This document shows, piece after piece, positions 28,048-37,738 of a stretch of DNA of 64,000 nt. The notes beneath the pieces are model-generated. The model saw nothing but the letters and a program-made list of their open reading frames with translations. It ran no database searches and had not been told where the DNA came from. Made by a program: the position numbers and the translations under genes. Position 1 is the stretch's first letter. Each line of letters begins with the position of its first letter. The DNA is from an uncultured Lachnospiraceae bacterium (GTDB taxonomy: Bacteria > Bacillota > Clostridia > Oscillospirales > CAG-272): contig CAYPRM010000006.1 of the NCBI GenBank assembly GCA_964413365.1, positions 446 to 64,445 of the forward strand. Reading direction: 5' to 3'.

Positions 28048-29862
28048 TCAGTCGTTATCGTCAAGTCGAAGCACCGCCATAAACGCCTCGGGAGAGACCT
28101 GAACGCTTCCGAGCTGGCGCATCTTCTTCTTGCCCTCCTTCTGCTTTTCAAGGAGCTTCTTCTTTCGCGTGATATCTCCGCCGTAGCACTTTGCGAGGAC
28201 GTCCTTACGCATCGCCTTGACTGTTTCACGGGCGATTATCTTAGAGCCTATCGCCGCCTGTATCGGAATCTCAAAGAGCTGACGCGGAATGTTCTCCTTG
28301 AGCTTTTCCGCGATCCTCCTTGCCCTCGCATACGCCTTTTCCTCGTGAACGATGAACGACAGCGCGTCCACCTGCTCGCCGTTGAGCAGGAAGTCGAGCT
28401 TCACAAGGTCGCTCTTTCCGTACTCGGACAGCTCGTAATCAAGGCTCGCGTATCCTCTCGAGCGGCTCTTGAGTGCATCGAAGAAATCGTATATTATCTC
28501 GTTCAGCGGTAGCTTATAGTGAAGCTCAACGCGCGTGGTGTCGATATATTTCATATCAATGAAGATGCCGCGCCTATCCTGACAAAGGTCCATAAGTCCG
28601 CCCACGTACTCGGTAGGCGTAATGATCGACGCCTTGACGAGTGGCTCGTAAGCCGCCTCTATCTCGTCGGGCGAGGGGTAGTTCGACGGATTATCGACGA
28701 GCACCTCTGCACCGCCGCGCTTGATGACCTTATAAATAACGCTCGGGGCAGTCGTGATGAGGTCGAGGTTGAATTCCCTCTCCAGTCTTTCCTCAATTAT
28801 CTCCATGTGGAGAAGTCCCAAAAATCCGCAACGGAAGCCAAAGCCGAGTGCTATCGAGGTCTCGGGCTCAAAGGTGAGTGCGGCGTCGTTGAGCTTGAGC
28901 TTCTCAAGTGCGTCGCGCAGATCCCCGTAGCGTGAGCCGTCCGCAGGGTAGATTCCTGCAAACACCATCGGCTGTGCCGCCTTGAAGCCGGGGAGAGCCT
29001 TATCCGTCGGGCGTGCGGTGTGTGTTATCGTGTCGCCGACGCGTGTATCGCCGACGCTCTTTATTGATGCGGTGATATATCCGACGTCGCCTGCCGCAAG
29101 CTCGGTGCAGCTCTTGATCCCAAACGGCTCCATCGTGCCCACGTCAACGACCTCATAGGTCTGCGAGGCGCTCATCATCGTTATACTATCCCCTGCGCGA
29201 AGCTTTCCGTCAATGATCTTGACGTAGACCACGACGCCGAGGTAGCTGTCATAATAGGAATCGAAGATCAACGCCTTCAGCGGTGCGTCCTCGTCCCCAC
29301 TCGGCGGTGGGATCAGATCAACGACCGCCTCGAGCACCTGCTCAATATTCAATCCCGTTTTTGCGGAGACTGCGGGGCAGGACTGAGCCTCGATGCCGAT
29401 AATGTCCTCTATCTCGTCCCGACAACGCTGAATGTCCGCGCTCGGGAGGTCTATTTTATTTATTACGGGGACGATCTCAAGGTTCGCATCGACCGCAAGA
29501 TATGCATTTGCAAGCGTCTGCGCCTCGATCCCCTGCGTCGCGTCCACCACGAGCAGTGCTCCCTCGCACGCATTGAGCGAGCGTGAGACCTCGTAGTTGA
29601 AGTCCACGTGCCCGGGGGTATCTATGAGGTTGAAGGTGTAGCTCTCGCCGTTAGGAGCGGTGTAATCGAGCTTCACTGCGCGCGCCTTTATCGTGATGCC
29701 GCGCTCGCGCTCGAGATCCATATTGTCGAGTATCTGCTCCTCCATCTCACGCTTCGATACAGCCTGCGTCGTCTCAAGTAGCCTGTCCGCAAGCGTGCTC
29801 TTCCCGTGGTCAATGTGCGCTATTATCGAAAAATTTCTTATGTGCCTTTGTCTTTCGTTCAT
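28048..29862 (-). CDS. lepA: elongation factor 4
   Basis: [20 protein letters not shown], and a C-terminal LepA domain. Confidence 0.97.
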   Translation of the reverse strand: MNERQRHIRNFSIIAHIDHGKSTLADRLLETTQAVSKREMEEQILDNMDLERERGITIKARAVKLDYTAPNGESYTFNLIDTPGHVDFNYEVSRSLNACEGALLVVDATQGIEAQTLANAYLAVDANLEIVPVINKIDLPSADIQRCRDEIEDIIGIEAQSCPAVSAKTGLNIEQVLEAVVDLIPPPSGDEDAPLKALIFDSYYDSYLGVVVYVKIIDGKLRAGDSITMMSASQTYEVVDVGTMEPFGIKSCTELAAGDVGYITASIKSVGDTRVGDTITHTARPTDKALPGFKAAQPMVFAGIYPADGSRYGDLRDALEKLKLNDAALTFEPETSIALGFGFRCGFLGLLHMEIIEERLEREFNLDLITTAPSVIYKVIKRGGAEVLVDNPSNYPSPDEIEAAYEPLVKASIITPTEYVGGLMDLCQDRRGIFIDMKYIDTTRVELHYKLPLNEIIYDFFDALKSRSRGYASLDYELSEYGKSDLVKLDFLLNGEQVDALSFIVHEEKAYARARRIAEKLKENIPRQLFEIPIQAAIGSKIIARETVKAMRKDVLAKCYGGDITRKKKLLEKQKEGKKKMRQLGSVQVSPEAFMAVLRLDDND

Positions 29863-29870
29863 TTGCTTTT

Positions 29871-31280
29871 TTATTTATCCTTATCAAAATTCAAATAATC
29901 AAAAATCTTATATATATCCCCTGCGCCCATGACGACGAGGATATCCCCGGGGTAGAGGAGGCGGTTGACTCTGTCGGCGATATTTTCAACGCCGCTGACA
30001 TACTCCGCCTTATCTCCGATACGGATGGCGAGAGTTTTGCCGCTGATGCCGAGGTTATCGGTCTCCCTTGCGGGGTAGATATCCGCGATAAATACGTGAT
30101 CCGCCGCCTCAAATGCATGGGAAAACTCCTCCATCAGCGTATATGTACGTGTATAGGTATGGGGCTGGAACACGCAGAACAGTCTCTCGGGCGATCGCTT
30201 TGCCACTCCGGAGAGCGTGGATGCGACCTCGGTGGGGTGGTGTCCGTAATCGTCAAAGACGGGTGCACCGTTGACCGTTCCCTTATATTCCATACGGCGC
30301 TTTGCACCGCGAAACAGCGAGAGCCCCCTCGCCATTCCCTCGGGATCAAGTCCCGATATATGACCTGCCGCAAACGCCGCAAGTGCATTATAAACATTAT
30401 GCTCGCCCGTAACGGAGAGCTTGACGTGAGCAAGAAATCCGTCCCTGCCCATTATATCAAATTCCGCCATTCCGTCGGGGTATCTTATATTTATCGCGTA
30501 ATAATCCGCATCGGCGGACCTTACAGAGAAGGTCAAGATTCTGCCGCGGTAGCTACTGAGAGCCATCGGGATATACTCATTATCGGCGTTGGCTATGACC
30601 GTTCCGCCCTCTCCCGTTATTGCGGCAAATTCGCCGTAGGAGCGGCAGATCTGCTCCATGCTCTTGAAATAATCCACGTGGTCCATCTCGATATTGAGTA
30701 TCACGGCGACGGAGGGATTGAAATCGAGGAAGGAATCCATATACTCGCACGCCTCGAAAATGAGGTTTTCGCTACTTCCTATGCGGTACGCTCCGCCCAT
30801 CGCATCAAGCTCCGCGCCCGAAAGCACGGTGGGATCTCCCCCTGCCTCCATAAAAACGGTCGCGCACATTGACGTGCAGGTGCTCTTACCGTGCATACCC
30901 GAGACGCCTATCCTATTTCCGTATCCGAGCATGAGGTAGCCCAGATAGTCCGCACGCGAGATGCAGGGTATACCACGCTCGAGTGCCCTCAGATACTCGG
31001 GATTATCCCCCGATATCGCAACGGTATAAACGACCGCGTCGTAGTCCTCCATATTCGCCGCATCGTGGGTATAGAACACCTCTATTCCCTCCGCGCGAAG
31101 TCTCTCGGTCAGCGCAGTTCTCTCCCTATCCGAGCCGCCCACGCGGTAGGAGCGCAGGTGGGATATGTGCGCCAAGGAGGACATATTTATCCCCCCGATG
31201 CCAATAAAATATATACTTTTACAATCCTTCAGCATTTTTTCGATGCGCTCCGCACCGAAATGTGTGTTAGGCGTTGACAT
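29871..31280 (-). CDS. murC: UDP-N-acetylmuramate--L-alanine ligase
   Basis: [31 protein letters not shown] before MSTPNTH. Confidence 0.93.
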   Translation of the reverse strand: MSTPNTHFGAERIEKMLKDCKSIYFIGIGGINMSSLAHISHLRSYRVGGSDRERTALTERLRAEGIEVFYTHDAANMEDYDAVVYTVAISGDNPEYLRALERGIPCISRADYLGYLMLGYGNRIGVSGMHGKSTCTSMCATVFMEAGGDPTVLSGAELDAMGGAYRIGSSENLIFEACEYMDSFLDFNPSVAVILNIEMDHVDYFKSMEQICRSYGEFAAITGEGGTVIANADNEYIPMALSSYRGRILTFSVRSADADYYAINIRYPDGMAEFDIMGRDGFLAHVKLSVTGEHNVYNALAAFAAGHISGLDPEGMARGLSLFRGAKRRMEYKGTVNGAPVFDDYGHHPTEVASTLSGVAKRSPERLFCVFQPHTYTRTYTLMEEFSHAFEAADHVFIADIYPARETDNLGISGKTLAIRIGDKAEYVSGVENIADRVNRLLYPGDILVVMGAGDIYKIFDYLNFDKDK

Positions 31281-31425
31281 TTGTACTCCTCTCAAAAGCC
31301 ATAATAGCAATTAATAGAAAATTCATAATTAATTTTCAAAACACTTCAATTTCCGTAGAACAATAGTAATAAATAAAGTTTACAATAGCATCAGTTTAGA
31401 TCAATAGACACAAAGGAGTTCTAAC

Positions 31426-31740
31426 ATGAAAATCACAGACGTAAAGATCAGAAAAATCTTCAATGACAGCCCCATGAAGGCTATCGCTTCCGTAACCTTC
31501 GACAACCAGCTCGTGGTTCACGACATCAAGATCATCTGCACAAGGGACAAGCAGTTTATCGTCATGCCCAGCCGCAAGAATCCCGATGACACCTACCGTG
31601 ATATCGTACATCCCATCAATGCTGAGTTCCGCGCTGTTCTTGAACAGGCAGTCAATGCCGCTTACGAGGCTGAGCTCGAGGCGCAGGCTAATGCCGAGAC
31701 GCTTGAGGGCGACACGAATACGGACACAGAGACTATTTGA
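31426..31740 (+). CDS. spoVG: septation protein SpoVG
   Basis: MKITDVKIRKI...ASVTFDN.LVVHDIKI...FIVMPSRK. Confidence 0.95.
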   Translation: MKITDVKIRKIFNDSPMKAIASVTFDNQLVVHDIKIICTRDKQFIVMPSRKNPDDTYRDIVHPINAEFRAVLEQAVNAAYEAELEAQANAETLEGDTNTDTETI

Positions 31741-31750
31741 TTTCAATTTA

Positions 31751-31782
31751 CTGCCACACCTTTGGGTGTGGCAGATTTTTTT
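31751..31782 (+). terminator. rho-independent terminator of spoVG
   Basis: CTGCCACACC-TTTG-GGTGTGGCAG followed by ATTTTTTT. Confidence 0.85.
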
Positions 31783-31824
31783 GCGTTTTTATATCAATAA
31801 CTTATAACAATATATAAGAGATAT

Positions 31825-32367
31825 TCAGCAGATATACGTACAGCTGCCGTGGGAAAACAGAAATCCGCTCTCGGAGACGTACAGATTGCCAAAGCTCCCC
31901 GCATATCCCGAGAGTGCACCGGGGTTGAAAATGACAAGATCCCTCTCAACTCCGCGGATGCTCCCCTTTTTAATATATTCAAGAGTGGGCGCATGGGTGT
32001 GACCGAATATGACCGCATCAGCACCGCTCGCCGACGCCTCCCTGCAGATCTCCTCGATGCCGCTCTTTACGGAGTAGGTATGCCCGTGGGCGATAAATAT
32101 CTTCCCTGCCTGCGTCGGCACTATTGCCGCGTTCTGAATGACCTCGCCCACAGGGGAGATCCTATCCACAGTATCGCAGTTTCCGCACACCGCCCAGACC
32201 ACAAGGTCGGTATAGCAATCAAGTGAAAAAAGATCCGCGAGCCCATCGCCGAGAAATATTACTCGGAGGGGCTCGCCGTTCTTTATTTGGGCGCGCCTCT
32301 CCCGTATAAGTCTTTTAAGCCTCGGCTTTTGCCCGTGCGTATCAGAAATTATCAGATATTCCGACAT
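31825..32367 (-). CDS. YfcE/MJ0936-family metallophosphoesterase
   Basis: DTHG, GDG, GNCD, HGH, GHTH motifs. Confidence 0.85.
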   Translation of the reverse strand: MSEYLIISDTHGQKPRLKRLIRERRAQIKNGEPLRVIFLGDGLADLFSLDCYTDLVVWAVCGNCDTVDRISPVGEVIQNAAIVPTQAGKIFIAHGHTYSVKSGIEEICREASASGADAVIFGHTHAPTLEYIKKGSIRGVERDLVIFNPGALSGYAGSFGNLYVSESGFLFSHGSCTYIC

Positions 32368-32380
32368 TTCGTCTGCTCAC

Positions 32381-33364
32381 TCAGGAGCGCTTACTGTATC
32401 GGCTCGCCGCCTTCATTACGTCGGGATCCTTTGCAATAGGCTGGCACGCCTTCGGCAGGGAGAGCTCAATGATCTTGTTCTCGACCGTTACCGTGAGCTT
32501 GTCCTTGATCCTCTCGACCTCACCGTCAATGCAAACGTCGGTGGGATGTGCAAAGCGCACCTCGACCTTCTTGCACTTCTTGTAGCCGAGTATATCCGAG
32601 ATATCTATCTTCGTAAGATGCGTTCCTGCCTTGTAATGACCGATGAGATTTACGAGCTGACCGAGATTTACCCTATCGACCACGCAAACATCTATCATAC
32701 CGTCATCGAACAGCGACGCGGGGGTAGCGTGAAAGCCACCGCCGTAAAAGCTTCCGTTTGCTATGGCGCATAGCTGGTACTCGCTTCCTCGGTACTCCTT
32801 ACCGTCAAAGGAAACCTTGCCCTTGACTATCGCCGTGCCGAGCTGTGTGAGCTTCTGCACGACGCCTGCGGTGTAGGCGAACTTGCTCGGGATAAAGACA
32901 CTGCGCCTATTGAGCGCCGCCTGCTTTACGATCTCGCAGTCAAAGCCTGCGTTTATAAGATTTACTGCGTATTTATTCCCGTTATATTTCAAAAGGTCGA
33001 TCCTGCGCGTCTCGCCGTCAAGCTGAGCGTCAATGTCAAAAAGCATTTCCGTATGCTCAAAGTTTCTAACAAAATCGTTTCCCGTGCCCATGGGGATAAC
33101 ACCGAGCTGTGCGTGCTCAAAGCCGACTATGCCCGAGGCGACCTCCCTTATAGTTCCGTCGCCGCCGACAGCGTAAAATCTGCTCGGCTCAGTCGTGCTC
33201 TCGCAGACAGAGCGAACATATTCCGTCGCCTCGCCTATCCTCTCCGTAACGTGTACCTCATAGGAAACGCCCCTTCGATCGCATACCTTATGGATCTCGT
33301 CGATAAGCTCGTGGAATTTCAGCCCCTTGCCTGCCGCAGGATTCATTATAAAATACTGTTTCAT
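32381..33364 (-). CDS. diacylglycerol kinase family lipid kinase (YegS/DagK-like)
   Basis: Start at MKQYFIMNPAAGKG (GGAGA RBS). GGDGT motif. Confidence 0.88.
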   Translation of the reverse strand: MKQYFIMNPAAGKGLKFHELIDEIHKVCDRRGVSYEVHVTERIGEATEYVRSVCESTTEPSRFYAVGGDGTIREVASGIVGFEHAQLGVIPMGTGNDFVRNFEHTEMLFDIDAQLDGETRRIDLLKYNGNKYAVNLINAGFDCEIVKQAALNRRSVFIPSKFAYTAGVVQKLTQLGTAIVKGKVSFDGKEYRGSEYQLCAIANGSFYGGGFHATPASLFDDGMIDVCVVDRVNLGQLVNLIGHYKAGTHLTKIDISDILGYKKCKKVEVRFAHPTDVCIDGEVERIKDKLTVTVENKIIELSLPKACQPIAKDPDVMKAASRYSKRS

Positions 33365-33650
33365 TATTCTTGATCTCCATTCTTCTGCCACGGGTGTGGC
33401 ATAAATTATTGACGCAAAGCGCACAACGCAAATCGCACAAAATACCGCCGCGCTCTACTTTCAGTAACTTCATTAAATCTAATTTTATCACAATATTGCC
33501 CTCGTGTCAACATTTTTATTTTTTATACATATAATGTAGCGTAACAGTTTCCATGCCCCACACGCCCGATCTGCCTTGATTTCGGGCATATTTCGGGTAC
33601 GGAGGGGAAATGGCAGAATTGTAAATTTTTTGTTTACTTGGAGGTGTAGT

Positions 33651-33872
33651 GTGAATATTGACAGAGGATCGCTCGCAGATCTGCTAAGGCTCGACGACGC
33701 ACAGCTCTCTGCGGTGCTTCGCGGCGTGGCTCTTGAGGCGGGGTTGAGTGCGGACAGTATAAGGCTCGATGCAGGGGAGATCGCGAGAGTGCGTGAGGTG
33801 CTGAAATTTGCCACGGATGAGGAAATAGCCGCACTGATAGAGCAGATCGGCGGTGGGAGGAAAAATGGATAG
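33651..33872 (+). CDS. hypothetical small protein (73 aa)
   Basis: GTG start 6 nt after GGAGG. Helical Ala/Leu/Glu-rich sequence. 8-nt overlap with the next ORF. Confidence 0.55.
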   Translation: MNIDRGSLADLLRLDDAQLSAVLRGVALEAGLSADSIRLDAGEIARVREVLKFATDEEIAALIEQIGGGRKNG

Positions 33873-34332
33873 CGAGATCGGGGCGGGGAGGGCTAATGGA
33901 CAGGAGACGCTCTCGCTCGTCTCGACGCTTCTTAGTGATCCTGCCACCGTCGCAAGGCTGATGAGAGCGCTCTCGGAGATTGGGGGTGAGGGCTCGAGCG
34001 GCGGCGCAGAGAAAAGTGAAAATTCTGACGATGACAGCGTTGGAAGCGATGAGAAGGCGATTGAAAATACAGAAAATGCCGAAAAAACCGCTCCCCCGAT
34101 CATGGCGTCCGCGGAGATGGCGGATACGCTCGGACGGCTCTCAAATGTGATATCCTCCATCACGTCTCCGAGTGGCGGCGGTAGTGGGGGTGGGGGCGGA
34201 AAACATACGGCTCTCCTGCTTGCGATCAAGCCCTACCTCTCGCAAAGGCGCGGCGAGCTGATCGACGATATTATAAGGCTCAGCAGTCTTGGCGACCTGC
34301 TCGGTGGGCTTGGCGAAGGGGGGCGAGCGTAG
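33865..34332 (+). CDS. hypothetical acidic/Gly-rich protein (155 aa)
   Basis: GGGAGG RBS. Low-complexity centre. Conserved-looking C-terminus KHTALLLAIKPYLSQRRGELIDDIIRLSSL. Confidence 0.6.
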   Translation: MDSEIGAGRANGQETLSLVSTLLSDPATVARLMRALSEIGGEGSSGGAEKSENSDDDSVGSDEKAIENTENAEKTAPPIMASAEMADTLGRLSNVISSITSPSGGGSGGGGGKHTALLLAIKPYLSQRRGELIDDIIRLSSLGDLLGGLGEGGRA

Positions 34333-34766
34333 TGTATTACAGCAAACGCCCCTCGGACTCGGTGGCAGTTCCGAGAAATTATAGCGGCAGTCTGTTCCGT
34401 GTCATCGACGAGAGCGATCGCTCCCCCGACCGCGCCCCGAGCGAGGAAAATGAAGAGCGCGTAGGGGAAATTTGCGGCTGTAATGAGGAAAACGGACACA
34501 TCGGCGGGGAAAATTGTCCTTGCGACGGGGAAAACGGACGGCAAGACGGCGGTTTTTGCCACGGCGGGCGCGGAATTTGCAAGGAAAATGGCGGTGGCGG
34601 TGATAAATGCAACCACCGTTCGACCCTGCTCGGGAGCGTTTCAAATATCCTCTCCGATATCTCCACCGAGGAGCTGCTCCTGCTCGGTCTGATCGTCGTC
34701 ATACATAAGGACGATCCCAATGATCCCATCCTGCTTGCCCTCCTCGCCCTCCTTCTGACTAAATAG
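34332..34766 (+). CDS. hypothetical Cys/Gly/Asn/Glu-rich protein with a hydrophobic C-terminal tail (144 aa)
   Basis: GTG start overlapping the upstream TAG (TAGTG). N-terminal PRNYSGSLF. Contains CGC..CPC..C..C..C. Tail LLLLGLIVVIHKDDPNDPILLALLALLL. Confidence 0.55.
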   Translation: MYYSKRPSDSVAVPRNYSGSLFRVIDESDRSPDRAPSEENEERVGEICGCNEENGHIGGENCPCDGENGRQDGGFCHGGRGICKENGGGGDKCNHRSTLLGSVSNILSDISTEELLLLGLIVVIHKDDPNDPILLALLALLLTK

Positions 34767-34772
34767 CGAGGT

Positions 34773-34849
34773 GAATGATGTTGCTTCGTAATGATGTTGT
34801 GGCTACGCCACAAATGGGTAGGGGAAGGGCTTGTTTCCCCCGAAAGCGA
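34773..34849 (-). repeat. rearranged/degenerate copy (D) of multi-hairpin intergenic repeat family
   Basis: AATGATGTT-GCTTCG-TAATGATG, GTGGC-TAC-GCCAC, AATGGGTA, GGGGAA..TTCCCC, GAAAGCGAAC. Colinear with copy C. Confidence 0.6.
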
Positions 34850-34894
34850 ACGGGTAGCACCGCAGCAAATCCCCATTACAGTGCCAATCCCTTT

Positions 34895-34940
34895 ACAACC
34901 CAAAAGCCACCCCTCCTTCGGGGTGGCTCTTGGGTTATTT
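34895..34940. terminator. bidirectional terminator (thrS / small-protein operon)
   Basis: AGCCACCCC-TCCTTC-GGGGTGGCT 9-bp stem with T-rich tracts on both strands. Confidence 0.7.
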
Positions 34941-34974
34941 TGATTTAATTACAGCTTGTCAAATCAAGGCGATC

Positions 34975-36912
34975 TTATTTAACTTTATTAGCGATCTCCT
35001 CGGATATTTTGCAGATGAACTCATTGACCGTCATTGAGCCGATATCGCCGTCCTTACGCGAGCGGACTGCGACGGTGCCGTTCTCAAGCTCCTTTGCGCC
35101 GACGACGAGCATATAGGGCACCTTCTCCTGCTGTGCGTTTCTGATCTTATAGCCGATGGTCTCATTCCTTCTATCGACCTCATTTCTTATGCCGAGGGCA
35201 ACGAGTTTTCTCGAGATCTCATCGCAATACTCGATCTGTGCATCGCCGATGGGAAGCATCTTGACCTGAACAGGTGCGATCCACGTGGGAAGCGCGCCTG
35301 CGTACTTTTCAAGCAGAAGTGCGAGCGTTCTCTCATAGCAGCCCATACTCGTTCTATGAATGATATAGGGTGTTTTGAGTGTATTATCGGAATCGACGTA
35401 CTCCATACCGAACTTCTTTGCAAGGAGCATATCTATCTGGATAGTAACGAGCGTATCTTCCTTACCGAAAACGTTCTTTATCTGGATATCAAGCTTCGGA
35501 CCGTAGAATGCCGCCTCGTCCTTACCGACAGTATAGTTGCCCTTGCCGAGGTTCTCGTCAAGGAGCTTTTCCATTGTATTCTGTGCAAGCTCCCACTGCT
35601 CGGGTGTGCCCTCGTACTTATCCTTTCTCTCGGGATCCCACTGCGAGAAGCGGAAGGAGCAATCCTCCTTAAGTCCGAGAGTATCGAGGCAATAGAGTGC
35701 GAGGTCGAGGCAGCCCTTGAACTCCTCCTCGAGCTGTTCGGGGCGGAGAATGAGGTGTCCCTCGGATATCGTGAACTGACGCACGCGAATAAGTCCGTGC
35801 ATCTCACCGCTATCCTCATTTCTGAAGAGTGTGGAGGTCTCGCCGAGTCTCATGGGCAGATCCCTATACGATCTCTTTTTATTGAGAAATACCTGATACT
35901 GGAAGGGGCAGGTCATGGGGCGGAGGGCGAAACATTCCTTGCTCTCATCATAGGGATCGCCTATTACGAACATACCGTCGAGGTAATGATCCCAGTGTCC
36001 CGATATTTTATAGAATTCCCTCTTTGCCATAAGGGGCGTTTTAGTAAGCAAGTATCCGCGGCGCTGTTCCTCGTCCTCGATCCATCTCTGGAGGGCCTGT
36101 ATAGTGCGCGCGCCCTTGGGAAGGATGATGGGAAGTCCCTGACCGACGCAATCGACGGTGGTGAAGTACTCAAGCTCGCGTCCGACCTTATTATGATCCC
36201 TCTTTCTTGCCTCCTCGAGCATTGTGAGGTGTGCATTCAGCTCGTCCTTGGAGGGGAACGCCACGCCGTAGACTCTCTGGAGCATCTTATTATTCTGGTC
36301 GCCCTTCCAATATGCGCCCGTGCACTGTGTGAGCTTTATCGCCTTGACTGCGCCCGTCGAGAAAAGGTGGGGACCTGCGCAGAGGTCAACGAACTCTCCC
36401 TGTGTATAGAAGCTGATGGTAGCGTCCTCGGGAAGCTCCTCGATGAGCTGTACCTTATACGGCTCTTCCCTGCTCTCCATGAGCTTAATAGCCTCATCTC
36501 TCGGAAGCTCGCTTCTTGTGATGAGCAGATTTTCCTTAACTATCTTCTTCATCTCCGCCTCGAGCTTTGAGAGCGCGTCCTGCGTAAAGGGCACGTCAGA
36601 GTCGAAGTCATAGTAGAAGCCACTCTCTATGGCAGGTCCTATTGTGAGCTTGACCTCGGGGTAGAGGCGCTTTACCGCCTGTGCGAGGATATGGCTCGCG
36701 GTATGATTGAAAACATGTCTGCCGTCGGGATCGGCAAAGGTAAGAAGCTCGACCTGTGCGTCCTCCGATACGGGGTACGAGAGCGCGACGACCTTACCGT
36801 TCACTCTTGCAGCGATAACACTGCGGTCGATTTTTTCAGCCGAGCGTGCCGCGTCATAAACCGTTACGGGCGCGTCAAATTCAAGGCTGACATCATTGAT
36901 CTTGATCTTCAT
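34975..36912 (-). CDS. thrS: threonine--tRNA ligase
   Basis: N-terminal TGS domain, editing domain, class II core and anticodon-binding domain. 645 aa. Confidence 0.97.
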   Translation of the reverse strand: MKIKINDVSLEFDAPVTVYDAARSAEKIDRSVIAARVNGKVVALSYPVSEDAQVELLTFADPDGRHVFNHTASHILAQAVKRLYPEVKLTIGPAIESGFYYDFDSDVPFTQDALSKLEAEMKKIVKENLLITRSELPRDEAIKLMESREEPYKVQLIEELPEDATISFYTQGEFVDLCAGPHLFSTGAVKAIKLTQCTGAYWKGDQNNKMLQRVYGVAFPSKDELNAHLTMLEEARKRDHNKVGRELEYFTTVDCVGQGLPIILPKGARTIQALQRWIEDEEQRRGYLLTKTPLMAKREFYKISGHWDHYLDGMFVIGDPYDESKECFALRPMTCPFQYQVFLNKKRSYRDLPMRLGETSTLFRNEDSGEMHGLIRVRQFTISEGHLILRPEQLEEEFKGCLDLALYCLDTLGLKEDCSFRFSQWDPERKDKYEGTPEQWELAQNTMEKLLDENLGKGNYTVGKDEAAFYGPKLDIQIKNVFGKEDTLVTIQIDMLLAKKFGMEYVDSDNTLKTPYIIHRTSMGCYERTLALLLEKYAGALPTWIAPVQVKMLPIGDAQIEYCDEISRKLVALGIRNEVDRRNETIGYKIRNAQQEKVPYMLVVGAKELENGTVAVRSRKDGDIGSMTVNEFICKISEEIANKVK

Positions 36913-36943
36913 AATCTTCTCCTCTTTATTGATAAAATGATCT

Positions 36944-37148
36944 CAAAAAAATAAAAACACCCCAAACGGCTACTGCCGTTCGGGGTGCGATAAACTTAAT
37001 TATACGCACGGTTCCACCCGAGCTTTTAACTCCGATAATTATTCCGCGTGACGAATGGGTGGTACCGCTGCAAGTGCCATGGGGGATATTTCAGCGTGCT
37101 ATCCCCTCTCTGAGCAAGGCTTAAATGCTCGGCGTGTCCCATACATTT
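36944..37148 (-). promoter_or_regulatory. T-box riboswitch (Thr specifier candidate ACC) controlling thrS
   Basis: Minus strand: AGAGAG box; ACC-ACC at 37058-37063; T-box core GGGTGGAACCGTGCG (37005-37019); 13-bp terminator stem plus T-run (36945-36988). Confidence 0.85.
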
Positions 37149-37154
37149 TTATAA

Positions 37155-37183
37155 ATATTAACACAAAGCTCGAGGCTTGTCAA
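37155..37183 (-). promoter_or_regulatory. sigma-A-type promoter of the thrS leader
   Basis: Minus strand: TTGACA, 17 nt spacer, TAATAT. Confidence 0.6.
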
Positions 37184-37191
37184 GAGATTTT

Positions 37192-37626
37192 TTAAATAAA
37201 TCCGTTCCTTTTTCTATTATACTCGGAGCGGGGGTTATACACCTCACGCCAGTTGAGGTCTCCGCGGTCGAGTGCCTGAACGAGGATCTCCGCCGTAGCG
37301 ATATTGGTAGCGACGGGGATATTATAAAGGTCGCACATCCTCATCATCTCCGCCTCCTCCTCATTATACGACGCGCTCGAGCGAGTATCTCTAAAGTTAA
37401 GGAGCAGATCTATCTCATTATAAGCCAGACGCGAGGTGATCTGCTGCTCGCCGCCGTGCTCTCCCGTAAGGAGCTTCTCTATTTTAAGTCCGGTTGCCTC
37501 GGAAATATACTTTGCAGTTATGCTCGTAGCGCAGAGATTGTGCTTACTGAGAATGCCGCAATAAGCGATACAAAACTGTGTCATGAGTTCTTTTTTCATA
37601 TCGTGAGCTATGATTGCTATTTCCAT
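37192..37626 (-). CDS. methylglyoxal synthase-like domain protein (catalytic residues substituted)
   Basis: MEIAIIAHDMKKELM...YNIPVATNIATAE aligns with MgsA. However TGTTG is replaced by TSITA, GGDQQ by GGEQQ, and PHEPD by SYNEEE. Confidence 0.75.
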   Translation of the reverse strand: MEIAIIAHDMKKELMTQFCIAYCGILSKHNLCATSITAKYISEATGLKIEKLLTGEHGGEQQITSRLAYNEIDLLLNFRDTRSSASYNEEEAEMMRMCDLYNIPVATNIATAEILVQALDRGDLNWREVYNPRSEYNRKRNGFI

Positions 37627-37709
37627 TCCTTGTCCCTTTCCGCATAAGCTATATATAAATTTTGATCTTTCAGCACTAATTGGTCTACAAATACCCAATT
37701 TACAAGGAC

Positions 37710-37738
37710 ATTATAGCATAACGTATAAAAGTTGTCAA
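37710..37738 (-). promoter_or_regulatory. sigma-A-type promoter of the mgsA-like gene
   Basis: Minus strand: TTGACA, 17 nt spacer, TATAAT (exact consensus). Confidence 0.65.

Noticed and set aside
28047-28229. Upstream extension of the hemW ORF.
   Set aside because: It would overlap the lepA 3' end by about 180 nt and is Arg/Ser-rich. The internal ATG directly after the lepA stop gives the normal HemW N-terminus.
35356-36570. 404-aa plus-strand ORF.
   Set aside because: It lies entirely antisense to thrS, whose identity is unambiguous.
37051-37070. Canonical-looking T-box core AATGGGTGGTACCGCTG on the plus strand.
   Set aside because: No plus-strand gene follows for more than 2 kb. The promoter, AGAGA box and terminator are all on the minus strand. 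It is the complement of the thrS specifier region.
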